Source: Dimorphilus gyrociliatus (Eukaryota > Animalia > Annelida). From it: DNA of 64,000 bases. Both the position numbers and the translations under genes were made by a program. Of the stretch, positions 12,893-25,255 are shown in pieces (within the stretch, counting starts at the first letter, position 1; each line of letters starts with the position of its first letter). The notes under the pieces were generated by a model. The model had not been told where the DNA came from and made no database searches. It worked only from the letters and a program-made list of their open reading frames with translations. Where the stretch lies: contig CAJFCJ010000001.1 of NCBI GenBank assembly GCA_904063045.1, positions 1,922,001 through 1,986,000 of the forward strand. Reading direction: 5' to 3'.

Positions 12893-14436
12893 ATGAAAAG
12901 GGAATTGTTTCTTTTGAATTATTTAATCATCCTACATGCATCAGCATCCTTCCAGAATAAAGTTGTTTATCCAGATTTAGTTTGTTACGCATTAATATCT
13001 ATTGAAAATTATATAATGGCTCTATTACCTATTTACAGTGTGGTAAACCGTGTAGTCAGATATCAAAGAATAAAATTATCTGTGATGGAAGTAAGGAGAA
13101 ACCGGAAGTTGTATTTGAAATGGCTGGGAGATGTATAGACGATTCGTGGAGTGAATCTCATTTAAATGTATCTCTACCAGATGGTGGAGTTCTGTCAAAT
13201 AAGTTATTAAATCCCATAAAAAGTGTACAAAATTTACAAATTTCGTCGAAAAACAATACTATAACATTTGAAAGTGATTCTTTTAAGGATCTCACCAAGC
13301 TAGAAACGCTTGACGTTACTGAGGCTATGTTCGATAATAACGAATTGAAAGACGCTTCAAACGTGCTGTCCGCCTCGAGCTCTTTCAAGGAAATACGAAT
13401 TAGTTCAACATTTTCAGGCTGTTCGTGTTCGTATTATTCGTTAATTGCCAAATTTCGTTCTCTAGGAACAAATATTAGGGAAAAAGGGACAAATGACTGC
13501 TTTAGTACGGATAAAAATGGTTCAATTGCCAATTACTTTTGTAGAATGATTGTTGAAGAGGGAAAACTTCAGCGTTTCATATATTTTTTACTTACAATAT
13601 GCCTTCTTGGTTTGTCGATATCAACTGTCTTTGCAACAAGTGGCCTTAGGTCAGTCTTATCTGCTCCATATAGTTACACTGAAAGAATAAACTCTGAAGA
13701 AAATAGCCTCCGTCAACTAGAATCCGAACAAAAAGAGCTAATGATTCTGAAGGAGATAATTGACCCCTGTAATAGGACTAATGAGGCAATTAGAACCCTG
13801 AGGGCCAGATTGAAGCAACAAGAAAAGAATGCTGACTTCACTGCCGAATCCCCTGTTGATTTAACGCCTTCTAATAGGGAAAAGATTGTTGAGTATGAAC
13901 ATCAAAAGGAAGCACCTCTCGCCTACACAAGAACAGTTAATCAAGAAAACCTATATAATGTTGTAAGCAACGACGGTATAGTTGTCGCTGTTCCCGAGGG
14001 ATGTAAACAAAAATTTTGTATCAAATCCCCTTCGGTTAATGTTGAACTAGGCCCCTCTGGGTGTGGCGGAACAGAGTTTCGTGTCTCTAAATTGACAAAA
14101 CCCTCAAATAAGGCACTAAAGAATGAAAAAGAAATTGAGACCTTACAAACTAAGCGGATTCGTACTAGTAAAGCGAGAAAGTCTCGTCGTATTCGCAAGA
14201 AAAAAATAAACCGTCAGAGTGTATCCTTCAATGACAAAGGTGAGCATTGGGCGGAATTTGATCGTCAAGGCACATCGTCTCAATTTGCGAGTAGAGGTCA
14301 ACTCTCACAAAAACTATATGGTGTTATGAAAAGAATGTCGGAAGAGGATGAACTTAACTCTTCTAAAAACAATTACTATTTGCCGGAACATATGGATGCT
14401 TCCTTTGATCAAGATCAGAGGTGGCAAAGGGGATGA
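12893..14436 (+). CDS. Short leucine-rich-repeat type I transmembrane protein (2 exons)
   Basis: Exon 1 12893-12979 encodes a signal peptide; exon 2 13039-14436 is in frame. LRRNT-like CGKPCSQISKNKIICDG; LRR-like FKDLTKLETLDV; LRRCT-like GCSCSYY...DC; TM FIYFLLTICLLGLSISTVFA; long cytoplasmic tail. Confidence 0.75.
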
Positions 14437-15349
14437 GCTGCTTTAAATAACCAGCTATTTAAGATATTTTCTTAATCGTCCGTAATAGCCTTGTTAAATC
14501 TGAGATAATAAGGAAACCAGGTCAATGAGGATGGGAAGAGGTATAATAGCGTAACTGCATTAGCGACTAAAAGGAGAGGCCATAATATTTGCAAGTAATT
14601 TTTAAGTATGCTTATTTTATATTATTTAATGGCATTTTTAGGTTTTTACCATGTTTTTTTTATCTTAATAATATAAGAAAAAAAAGAATTTTATCTGCTA
14701 AGCATACCGCCCACCTGTGAAGATATATTGTAATTCCTTGTATATCTGCAACTTGAAAAGGTCGGCTTAAATCGATAACTAAATAGGCAATTTACAACTG
14801 GGATTTAGCATCCAGGCCGACTATACGCAAGGTAACATTTATCTACATAACCTGGCTTGCCATCACAGTAAAATGCATCCTGCAAAGGATTAAGTTACAG
14901 CATTTTCGCAAATGTTCTATTTTAGGTAAATCATTCTTTCTGCTGCAAAACTATATAATGCATAGTAATTTCCCTTCTGTTTCCTAGTTTTGGGTACTGT
15001 ATTTCATTTGCTTTCGATTATATTTACTCAAATTACATTAAAGTTATCTAATCCGATAAGTAGAGAATTAACACTTTTCCGAAAGCTTTTTTTCCCTTAC
15101 GCAATCAATCATATATATTTTATAATAAAAATACCATTTCATGTACAAAAAACAAAAAAGAAAGAAAATGAAAGATTACCTCTTTTCTTTTATTAATTTC
15201 AATAATGGACTAGTATCCAAAAACATGCATTGGGAAAAAATATAACAGTTTCTTTTTGTTTTTTATATATAATCATAAGGCATCTAATATATAGGATTCT
15301 GCACAGTCTTTTTTTTCTTTTCTATTTCGAAACCATCTCTCTTACCCTT

Positions 15350-16938
15350 TTATCTTTTCTTTGGGATACTCGTGAAAACAGTTTGCACATCTGCTGTAAA
15401 AAAAAACCATTAAAAGTTTATTATAAAGGTTATTACTAAAGAAAGAATATACAGTATACAAGTGAAAGTATATCGTAGGAAATAAGTTATAAAACGATAA
15501 ACGATTCTCTTACTTGCAGTAGACACGCTTTGGCCAACACTTTGCGGTACGTTTATTACGTAAGTATCTTGAGAATTAGCTTGCGTTGAGTTTGATGAAA
15601 CTGGTCCTATTAATATTGCACCGTTAGTTTGCAGTATAGGTGTCTGAGAATCGGGTACTGGCTTAATTACGCCTCCTGTTACAATAATTTGCGAAGTTTG
15701 TTCGCTTGCTGTCACTGAATGTGTTTTATTAGTGGACGGTGCTGTTAAAAAAATAAATCACATAAATAAATAAAATATTAAATAATTTAATAGCCATACA
15801 AGATATAAAGATTGAATTCTACGATAATAAAACTATAATAAACTTTACAATATCAATATAAATTAAAAGTATATTTATTCGCCTATTAGACTTGAGAAGT
15901 TGGCTCTTATAATTAATTATTAATTCTTTTAGACTTATCGAATTAGCGTAAAAAAAAGAGAACAAGTAGTAATTGTTAAACAGTTAAAAAGTCTTGTATA
16001 ACTATTAATTTACAAAGTGAGTGCACTTTGCAAAAACACGTATTTGTCGGCCTACTCACCAGTAGTAGAAGTCTGAAAAGGGAGGTGAGCTGGAGGTGGT
16101 TGAGACGTCATTTTCGTCGGAGTAACGCTATTTCCCGAATGGGCTGGAGGAGGACGGGTTGTAACGGTAACTTCATGTTGGTTAGATTGGGGAGATAGGT
16201 CCTGAAAAAGAAAAAAATTTTATAAGAGGATTACGTATCCAGTCTAACAGAGTGTAAGGAAACATTCCCAATATAGCTTGTACAGCAAAAGCACCCTGCA
16301 AAAGGATTAAGTTACAACATTCTTTTGCAGTTTCCACATGTTCTATTTTTGGTAGTTGTTATCCCTATAACAGTGTTATATTATAATAAGCTATAATTAC
16401 CGATTTTCCTTGAGAGTCCGCTTCGGAACTTTCAGGTGTGTTTAAGCACTTTTGAATCAAAGATTTTCCGCTATCACTTGTTATCATAGGCTGTAATTTT
16501 TTGGTAGCAAAAGTATAAACATGACCCGTTTCACTGGCGACCAGTAGCATTACTTGGGTTCCAGTCAATGTTGAAAGTTCGTAGGCCTTTAGGATTAACA
16601 TTAATTAATTCATTATTCCTTTTAAAATTGCATTAAAATTAAATTTCAATTTTTACCTTTTTCATTATACCAGTCTTCCTTTTGCTGAAGGTAGTATACC
16701 TTCTTAGTTTATTCTCTATGAATTCCATTTTGATCTTGACCCTACCTTTCGTTTTCTTAGTTGCATGCCTGGTAGGACCTCCAGAGCTTGTTTGTTCGTC
16801 TAATCTAGCTTGGGACGAGGTCCGTTTTAAAGAATTCCCAGTCTCGTCATCTGACTCTCCAAGCTCACCGTAGTCACCGTCATAATCGTAACTTTCATTT
16901 ACAAAACATAAATTACCGTCCGATTGATGCATTGCCAT
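15350..16938 (-). CDS. SRF: Serum response factor (MADS-box); an alternative distal end at 14863 is possible
   Basis: MADS/SAM sequence KKTKGRVKIKMEFIENKLRRYTTFSKRKTGIMKKAYELSTLTGTQVMLLVASETGHVYTFATKKLQPMITS. Exons 16938-16657, 16586-16401, 16201-16060, 15741-15514 and 15393-15350. Confidence 0.97.
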
Positions 16939-17184
16939 TATTGTGTTGTTCAATCTACTAGTCAGCTTTTGAGTTGTGATTAATTACTCCGCTGAACGTT
17001 ACAAGGTTTATTATATTACTACGCGAAATAGTTCTTATATTTTTTTACATCTATTCTTATTAATTCACCGTTTAAAAAGATATAAAAATTTCTTTGCACT
17101 AAAAGTTTTAAAAGATAAATAGTTATCGTTAAACGGAAATGTTTACTTTCGGTTTTTTAAACACGTACTACTTTTAATGACTAA

Positions 17185-17194
17185 CCAAATATGG
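17185..17194. promoter_or_regulatory. Perfect CArG box CCAAATATGG upstream of SRF
   Basis: Exact CC(A/T)6GG about 250 bp upstream of the SRF ATG. Confidence 0.7.
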
Positions 17195-17296
17195 CATCAA
17201 CTACCGTATTAGGAAAAGCGCTCCTTTTCTGGTGAAATTATATGATTGCTATTGACATTTCTCAATAAAACATATTGAAAGACAGTTGAAGTTTTT

Positions 17297-17306
17297 CCTT
17301 TTATGG
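17297..17306. promoter_or_regulatory. Second perfect CArG box CCTTTTATGG upstream of SRF
   Basis: Exact CC(A/T)6GG. A one-mismatch CCGTATTAGG also lies at 17204-17213. Confidence 0.6.
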
Positions 17307-17641
17307 TCATAATTACATACGATAATGATAGAACTAGTTAAAATTGAAGATAGAGCCATCTGTTGTTTAACACATATTTTGTTGAAACTTAAAGCGAGCC
17401 AAAATATTTATAGTTTCCCTTTTGGAAAATCTGTATTTTCTTTACAATATATGTGTTAAGGACATTCCCCTTAACAAATAAAAGAATAAATTATGTAATC
17501 AGTTGTTTTATTTATAAAATTACGTCATTATTCCCGGAAGAATTTAGTCTTATCATCTCAAGCTGTCACCTAACCTCTCTGTAGCAATTATCAGTTTTAT
17601 ATTTATCATTAGAATTGAAAATGCTTTATCCATTAAGATTC

Positions 17642-18957
17642 CTATTCTTGTAATCTACAGAAAACGCAAATGTCAACTTCGCTCTTTGACTGAACCTGGG
17701 CTATAGAGAATGGTTTGCCGCAACGCGAACACTGGAGCATCTTTCCGACAATTGCCTTCTTTGATTCTAAGACAATCGGTATTGAATCTGAGTCTTCAAC
17801 ATTCCATAATCTTATTGTGCAGTCCTTACTACCGGATATTAGGAAGTCTTTATCAGAAGAAATATCTATACATTCTACCCAATCTCCGTGACCTTGCAAT
17901 CTTAAACTTTGTAAGATTTGCTCACCTTCCGTATCCCATACGCAAACTCCCGAATCATACCCTCCGGTAACTGTAAACGCAAAGAATAGTCGTTTCTAAG
18001 TACTTATTGAATGTCTAATAAGACAAGACTCTTACCTAATAAAAGTCCATCATCAGAAAATTTACAACAACTTACAGAACCTTGGTGAGCCTTCTCTATC
18101 TTTTCGGGTCCCTGTAACCTATACTGACCGGTGGAGACATCCCAAACGCAAACATTTTTATCCCAACTGGAAGTTGCCAAATGACGTTCATCTTGTGAAA
18201 AGGATGCGCATGAAACTATATTACTATGACCTTCTAGCGTGACAGTTTTTTTAAATGTTCTTAAATCATATAATTTGCATGTTTTATCCATACTAGTTGT
18301 TGCTATTCTATCACTCATTGGACTAAAAGTGACTGAAGTTACAGTTGTATTATGCAGGTCTCCTATTTCCTTTATTAAATCTCCTGATCTTTCATCCCAC
18401 AATGAAACTAAATGACTGATATCCGACACAGAAACGATTGTTTTATCGTCTGATGAATAATCACAGGCAGTTACAACACCTCTATTAGCTTTCTCCCATA
18501 AAATAGCTGAGCTTTCAACGTCAATTAGTTTAACTCTTTTATCCCATCCTCCTGATACAAACTTCTGGCCATCTAAAGTCAAACAAGAGAATATATCCTT
18601 AATGATTGCATCTCTTATATTTTTCAATAAGTTGTATTATTAAATTATAACAAAAATAAAAGTCTTACCAGATGATATTCTTGCACCGGAGCATCTATTT
18701 GAATGGCATCTTATCCAACAAATATTATTTCCCGTTTCAGTTGACCATATACCAACAGTTCCATCCCAAGAAGACGAAATTATCCGTTCATCCTTGTCAA
18801 AAAACTGACAAGTAGTTACAGTCTGCGTGTGACCGCGTAGAGATCTGACCCTGACTTGAGCTAATGCTTCATTCTCCCACCCACCGTCTGGTATTGTTGG
18901 TGTTGGAGTTCTCTTTTCTTCATCGCTTTCTACTCCTAAAGGATCAATTTCGTCCAT
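17642..18957 (-). CDS. WDR88: WD repeat-containing protein 88
   Basis: Multiple WD40 repeats (LRGHTQTVTTCQF, GHSNIVSCASF, AHQGSVSCCKF, GHGDWVECIDIS) plus the WDR88-type tail IPIVLESKKAIVGKMLQCSRCGKPFSI...CVFCR. Confidence 0.88.
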
Positions 18958-19422
18958 TGGACAAACATTCACTCCTCTTGAACCTAAACCTTAAATTAGA
19001 GATAGGCACTGATAAGATGAAATATCAATGTTTGGCGAATGAAAAGTGCCTAAGCTAGTCCAAGCTAATACCCTAATAATTACTAAAATGTTCATTAAGA
19101 GTGTTTTGACATATTTAAAAAATGATAGTTAACGACAGAAAATTAAACTATAATAATCAATAACCTGTTATTATCTACGATATACAATTCAGTTACGACT
19201 AATCTGCAGATTTTGTGAAAGAATATATCAGAAAACTGTCGTGAGAGTTTTCATTTCTGTGTTGTTATAGACGCCGGGAAAAACTGGTTCCAATGTCCTA
19301 ATTTCCATAAATGTTGTATACATAAACTACATATTTTTCTACGTCTCATAAAAGAATAAAAAAATAAAAATTTAATTGTACATTTTTTCACTTCCGGTGA
19401 GGGGAACCAGATTTTCGCAATT

Positions 19423-22400
19423 ATGGAGGAAGAATTGACGGGAGGTAAGATTTTGACATTTTGATCGGTTTTACGAGATAAAATCGTAAGTCTAATTTAT
19501 GTAATGTGTTCACGAGTAAATAGATCAATAATATTTGGTGTATTTGCGTTAAGTAAATATTGTAATACATGAAAAGTTTTCATTTAATATCACCTTGACA
19601 GAATTTTTAACGTTTTAGTTTATTTGTAAATCGTTCTTATTTTGATTTTAGCAGATATTTTTTAAAATAAAACTTCTGAATAGTCTATTGATATTATTTG
19701 CAGACTATACTGGAAAACATTGTAAAATTAAGTTGCTTGATTGTATGTTTATGCAATAGAAATACTATTTTTGAATTTCTATGAAAGCTGTAAGGTCTCT
19801 GGGAATAGATCTTGACTGTTGAGTTTGAGTTGAATATACATAAACTAAAATAAGAATTTTTTCGGCTTTATTATAGTTTTTAGTAAGAGAAAAATCTTTC
19901 AAGTATTATCCATAAGGGGAATTTGTAATTCTATTTACAAGTCTTGTCGAATCGTATTTATAGTTCATGGTTTTTATTGAATTTTAATTTTTTTCAGAGC
20001 ACATTTGCAGAGTGTGTAGAAGTGAAGGGTTACCTGAACGACCTTTATATCATCCTTGCGTATGTACCGGAAGTATTAAGTACGTCCACCAAGAATGTCT
20101 TGTACAATGGTTAAGATACAGCAAAAAGGAGTACTGCGAGCTGTGCAAACACAAATTTGCTTTCAAACCTATATATGCCGCCGATATGCCAGGGCGACTA
20201 CCAGCAGCAGATATTCTAAGTGGATTAGCAAAAAGCGTTTTGCGGGCAGTTAAATATTGGCTGCATTATACTCTGGTGGCCATTGCATGGTTAGGAATTG
20301 TCCCTCTGACTGCCTGTCGTATCTACCGATGTCTATTCAGTGGATCCTTAACTGCTTTACTAACTTTACCACTGGATATTATGTCTACGAATAATATCAT
20401 ATCTGATATCTTTAATGGGTGTTTCGTTGTTATGTGCACATTGTGCGCCTTTATAAGCTTAGTTTGGCTAAGAGAACAAATATTAAATGGAGCGGGACCT
20501 GACTGGCTCGAGCATGACTTTCTGCAAGGGGCAAATTTCATGAATATAAATAATAACAGACAACAAGACCAGCCTCAAGCTAACGCACAACAAGATGCAG
20601 TAAATCCAAACAATGTAAATAATCCGCAACCTCAGCAGCGTCAACAACAGGAAAATGCTGATGACGGCTGGAATCCCATTGATTGGGATAGGGCGGCAGA
20701 TGAATTGACATGGGAGCGATTATTAGGTCTAGATGGGTCGTTGGTCTTTATAGAGCACGTTTTTTGGGTTGTGTCCCTAAATACGCTTTTCATTGTCCTC
20801 TTCGGTAAATATTAACAATTCTTCTATCAAATATATAGAATGTATACTTAGAAAACGATAACGATACTAATGCCCTGTAAAATTAATTCACAGCTATACT
20901 ACCTTATCACTTTGGACAAATAGCTACGGAACTTCTTGGACTTAAGCCTCTAACATTTCTTGCCCAATTTGAGGGCGTTCTAACCACCGTCCTGGGTTAT
21001 GTTGTAACTGCCGCAATTTTTGTTATAGTTCATACAGTTTCAACTATCTTGGGACTACAAAAACTTAAAAGAATTGTTGGTGTATCCTACATTGTCGTCA
21101 AAGTATCTTTATTAGTTGTCGTTGAAATTGGAATATTTCCATTAGTTTGCGGTTGGTGGTTGGATATTTGTTCTCTTCCATTGTTTAACGCCAGCTTATC
21201 TGATCGTAAAATGAGTGTTCGTACGGCACCAGGAACAGCCATGTTCATACATTGGTTGGTCGGGATGCTGTATGTGTTTTATCTTGCATCTTTTATTCTG
21301 TTATTAAGAGAAATGTTGCGTCCCGGAGTCTTGTGGTTTTTGAGGAACTTGAATGACCCAGATTTTAACCCAATCCATGAGATGATGCAACTTCCAGTTT
21401 TTAGACACGTTAGGAGATTCTTAGCGAGTCTAGTTATTTTTGGTACTACCGGTAAATTTCCTTCTTTAAATCCCTTTTTCAGTTTATAGGAATTGTTATT
21501 TTTTTTCAGTATTGGTCATGCTCCATTTACCAACCTTATTCATCAAAAAATTCCTTCCTTCTTTTCTGCCTTATCACGTAACAGTTTCTGCAGATGCTCC
21601 TTTATCAGAGCTTTCACTAGAACTTCTCTTACTTCAAGTTGTCCTACCAGCCCTCCTTGAACATGGGTATATGAGACAATGGTTAAAAACAGCCATCAAG
21701 AGTTGGTGTATCGGAGTAGCTAATATGTTAGATTTGAGAAGTTACTTACTAGGCGACATTCCGTTAGAAGATGATGTCGACGGACAAGACGATGAACATG
21801 CTCTTCTCCATCCGGAGGAAGAAGAAGAAGAAGAAGTGGAAGACGAAGAAGAGGCGGAAGAAGGGGACGAAGTTGACGAAGAAACTGAAGATGAAGAAGA
21901 GGAGGAGGCTGAAGACAGAAATGAGGAAGCTGCTCCAGCTGCAGGAGAAGGCCTAGGAGCTGAACATCAAGCTTTATTACATATGGCTGGTCCCACCGGC
22001 TTTCAACCATATAGACGCCCTAAATTTTTTGCAGTCAGACTAATTCTCCTGGTACTAATTTTAGCAACTACTCTCTTTGTAGTCAGCTCCGTTTCTCTAG
22101 TCGTTCCTGTAGCCGTTGGCAGATTCATATTGGATCGTGTTTTGTCAGGTGAACTGTTTTGGCTACTTATTCTATAATATATTGTTTTTTTATAGAACTT
22201 TCTATCACAGGTACTACAAAAATTCACGAACTATATACAGCAGCATGCGGAGCGTATGCCTGCTGGTTAGTTACAAGAACTCTTACAGTTCTTTATAAGT
22301 GGATACCAAAGGGATGGAAGGCAATTTTTAAAGAAGTGTTCAATTGGTTAATATTTGGTTTCAGGCTTAGCATTATTGGTTTTCTGTTCATTATAGTAAT

Positions 22401-22973
22401 TCCATTTATGCTTGGAGTTCTCTTTGAAACAGTCATAGCCATTCCCCTTCGAGTTCCACTAGACCAAAGTCCAATTCTTTTCTTATGGCAGGATTGGGCT
22501 TTGGGTGTTCTACACACCAAAATTATATGTGCAGTAACAATGCTAGGACCTAATAATTGGTGGTTGAAACGAAACCTAGAGAGAGCATATAACGATGGTT
22601 TAAGAAGATTATCCCTGAAATTTTATTTCTTTGAATTATTCCTACCATCTGCTTCTATTCTTGGTTTAGCACTGAGCATACCCTACGTTGTTGGTCATTC
22701 AATAGCTCCGGCTATGTTTGGTCTTGATCATCCGACAACGATTTTGGTAGAAAGGAGGATCTATCCTTTGTCATTGGCAGTTTTATTATTTTGCCGAGCA
22801 GCTGTAATGCAGGTTAAACAATTTAAAAAGCTATACGAACATATAAAGAACGATAAGTGAGTTTTTCATTATAATATATATATAACAATAACAAATAATA
22901 TAAACAATTATAATTATTTTCCAGATATCTTGTAGGACAAAGATTAGTAAATTATGAAAGAAGAACAGACTGA
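19423..22973 (+). CDS. MARCHF6: E3 ubiquitin ligase MARCH6 (Doa10/TEB4)
   Basis: RING-CH CRVCRSEG...HPCVCTGSIKYVHQECLVQWL...CELC; TD-domain WERLLGLDGSLVFIEHVFW; multiple TMs; C-terminus KNDKYLVGQRLVNYERRTD*. Confidence 0.97.
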
Positions 22974-23147
22974 TGGTGATAATATGCACAGTGTATTTTT
23001 CAATTTGTACAGTATATACTATTTAGTCGCTCAATATAGTTAAATTGTACATTCGTAAGCTTTGATTAAATAGCTTACTTATTACAGTTTTCTTCTCTTT
23101 GTACATTTTATAACACATATAAATAAGCAAACACTCAATTGTTAAAA

Positions 23148-24165
23148 CTACCAATCGATTGCTACTCTTTTATCCACATCTAGTAATTCTTTGGCTAGAA
23201 TATGTTGATCTTCAATTTCTTCTTTCATCTTCTGAATTAAATTTATGCAGACAAATGAGTTAATAAGACAGAGAGAAAAATTTATTAATCCTATAATCAA
23301 CATGGAAAAGTTAATCCATTGTAATTTTGCGGTAATATAGTTACTGCAATTCTGTGAGGCATATGAATTATTCTTTGCTGGTGCTAAAAGGCATTTTCTA
23401 ACACGTGAAATGTTAAATCGTATATTAGGATTGTCATTGTATAGGTCTCTTTTAGCTTCAGGCTTACAACAAGCGATTGGCACTGTAGCCTGTATAACTT
23501 TCTTATTTCCTCTAACTGTAATTTGTTGCCTTCTTCTAAATTTTATTGAATATCCAAAATCTTGAGTATGTGAATATGATCCGCAGCATTTCATTCTCAA
23601 TTGAACTAAATCCCAAGTTTTCGTCACTTTATCCCTGGCCCATATTAAATTGCCATTATTGTCAATAGATGACCCTGTATAATTGCTTTGAAGAGATTCT
23701 TGAAGGAAGTCGATTAGTTGATTCTCAAACTTTTCCTTCCCCAATATCCATAAGAAAAATAGGACAATTTGTAAAATAACTTTGGACAAATTCCAAGAAA
23801 AATATATCAATATCAGTGATTTATTATGATTTACGGCAGTCAAAGAACCAACGAAGAATAAAATTACAAAACTAAGTCCGAATATAGAATTTATTTGGCA
23901 GAGGTCCTCTAATAGAGATGGGATATTCAATTCCCCATCAAACTTTCTCATATCATCTGGAATACGAGAGAAAAATTCCAATATCGTTTTATCTTCTATC
24001 ATAATATAGAAACAATAAGCTGAACAGCTTAACCCTAACAACAGAGCTGGAAGACATATTCAATTAGCGAAAGTCTCTATATAATAGGATTATCAGAAGA
24101 AGATACTACGTACAGAGAACTGCCATAACAAATAATGTAATTTTTGAATGTGCAACAGAACACAT
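23148..24165 (-). CDS. Divergent tetraspanin
   Basis: Four hydrophobic segments. Large loop carries WDLVQLRMKCCG, PIACCK and further Cys. A short first exon (MCSVAHSKITLFVMAVL) splices in phase to the long ORF. Confidence 0.85.
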
Positions 24166-25255
24166 GCTTCATTAATTATTATATATTACCAGTCAATTTC
24201 GAGAATATTCCAATTATATTATAGCAATTTAATAGACTACTGAGTATTTTATATTACAATATTTCATAAGTATTTATTCTTACCGACTTGAATAGTAAAA
24301 AAATGTGATATTTTACTTTTATATTCACTTTAATTCACTTTAAAATGACAAAATAGTGCATGACGTATATGGCTGAATATTTTATTTATTAAAATTATTA
24401 TAGTCGTTACGTTAAATATCTTAAATTTAATTATTACATATGCATATACATCTCACTTATGTTATATATATTCTATTCTGTTTATATATGAAAGTATATT
24501 ACAGCAGTAGTGAGCGATAATGTGATTAGATTAAAATCAACTTTCAAATTACATAATTTTTCATTTTTAGTTATAAAAATGTATCGTATTGAATTCAAGT
24601 CAAATGAAAATTATATTCCATATTCAAAAGAAACTTTATTATGCTTAATATAAGTCCTAGTGTGACTTTTGAATAAAATTAACAAATAGGATAAGTATTT
24701 GTTATCTATTAAATACATTATATAAAGAAAAGCTAAATTATGATTTTTGCCCAAGTAGATTAATTTAAATTAATTGATAATTATGCATATGTTAATTGGA
24801 CTATATTTTGTTGCGTTAAACAATGGATGTCATGAGGTCAATTTCCAATAAACTTATAAATAAGGTATGCGACACCATTGCGCCACTCAGTAACGGAAAC
24901 TCCTTCGGGTTAATTGTTGTCATTTACTGAATTTCTCACTGCTTCATTATTATTTGTTGGTTGTAAATATTAATTTCTTTCTAAGAAATATATTTACTCA
25001 ATATATACGGCAAGTGAATTTTACTCATTTTGTTGTCATTTTGCACTATTGCGCATCATTTTAAAGTTGGTGCCATTGCTCAATGTCAGTAGCCATTTAA
25101 AATACTGAGATAATTTGATAAATCATTTATTTTGTTCATAAAATTGCTTCAAACTTTTATTGTTGTTTTTTTAGCCTAGCGAAAACAAAAATTGTTCTTG
25201 TAATCTAATTGACATTTCTCTAGAAACTTATTAGCTTAAAAGTATATACGTTAAC

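Noticed and set aside
14865-14926. Resemblance of the SRF repeated element to the U6 snRNA 3' end or an H/ACA snoRNA
   Set aside because: Too diverged for U6 and lacking ACAGAGA. The H-box-like AGAACA has no properly placed ACA in this copy.
21720-22010. Antisense and alternate-frame ORFs from the track (e.g. 21720-22010, 4156-4569, 60251-60598, 62620-62940)
   Set aside because: They are shadows of real coding exons or low-complexity tracts on the other strand or frame.
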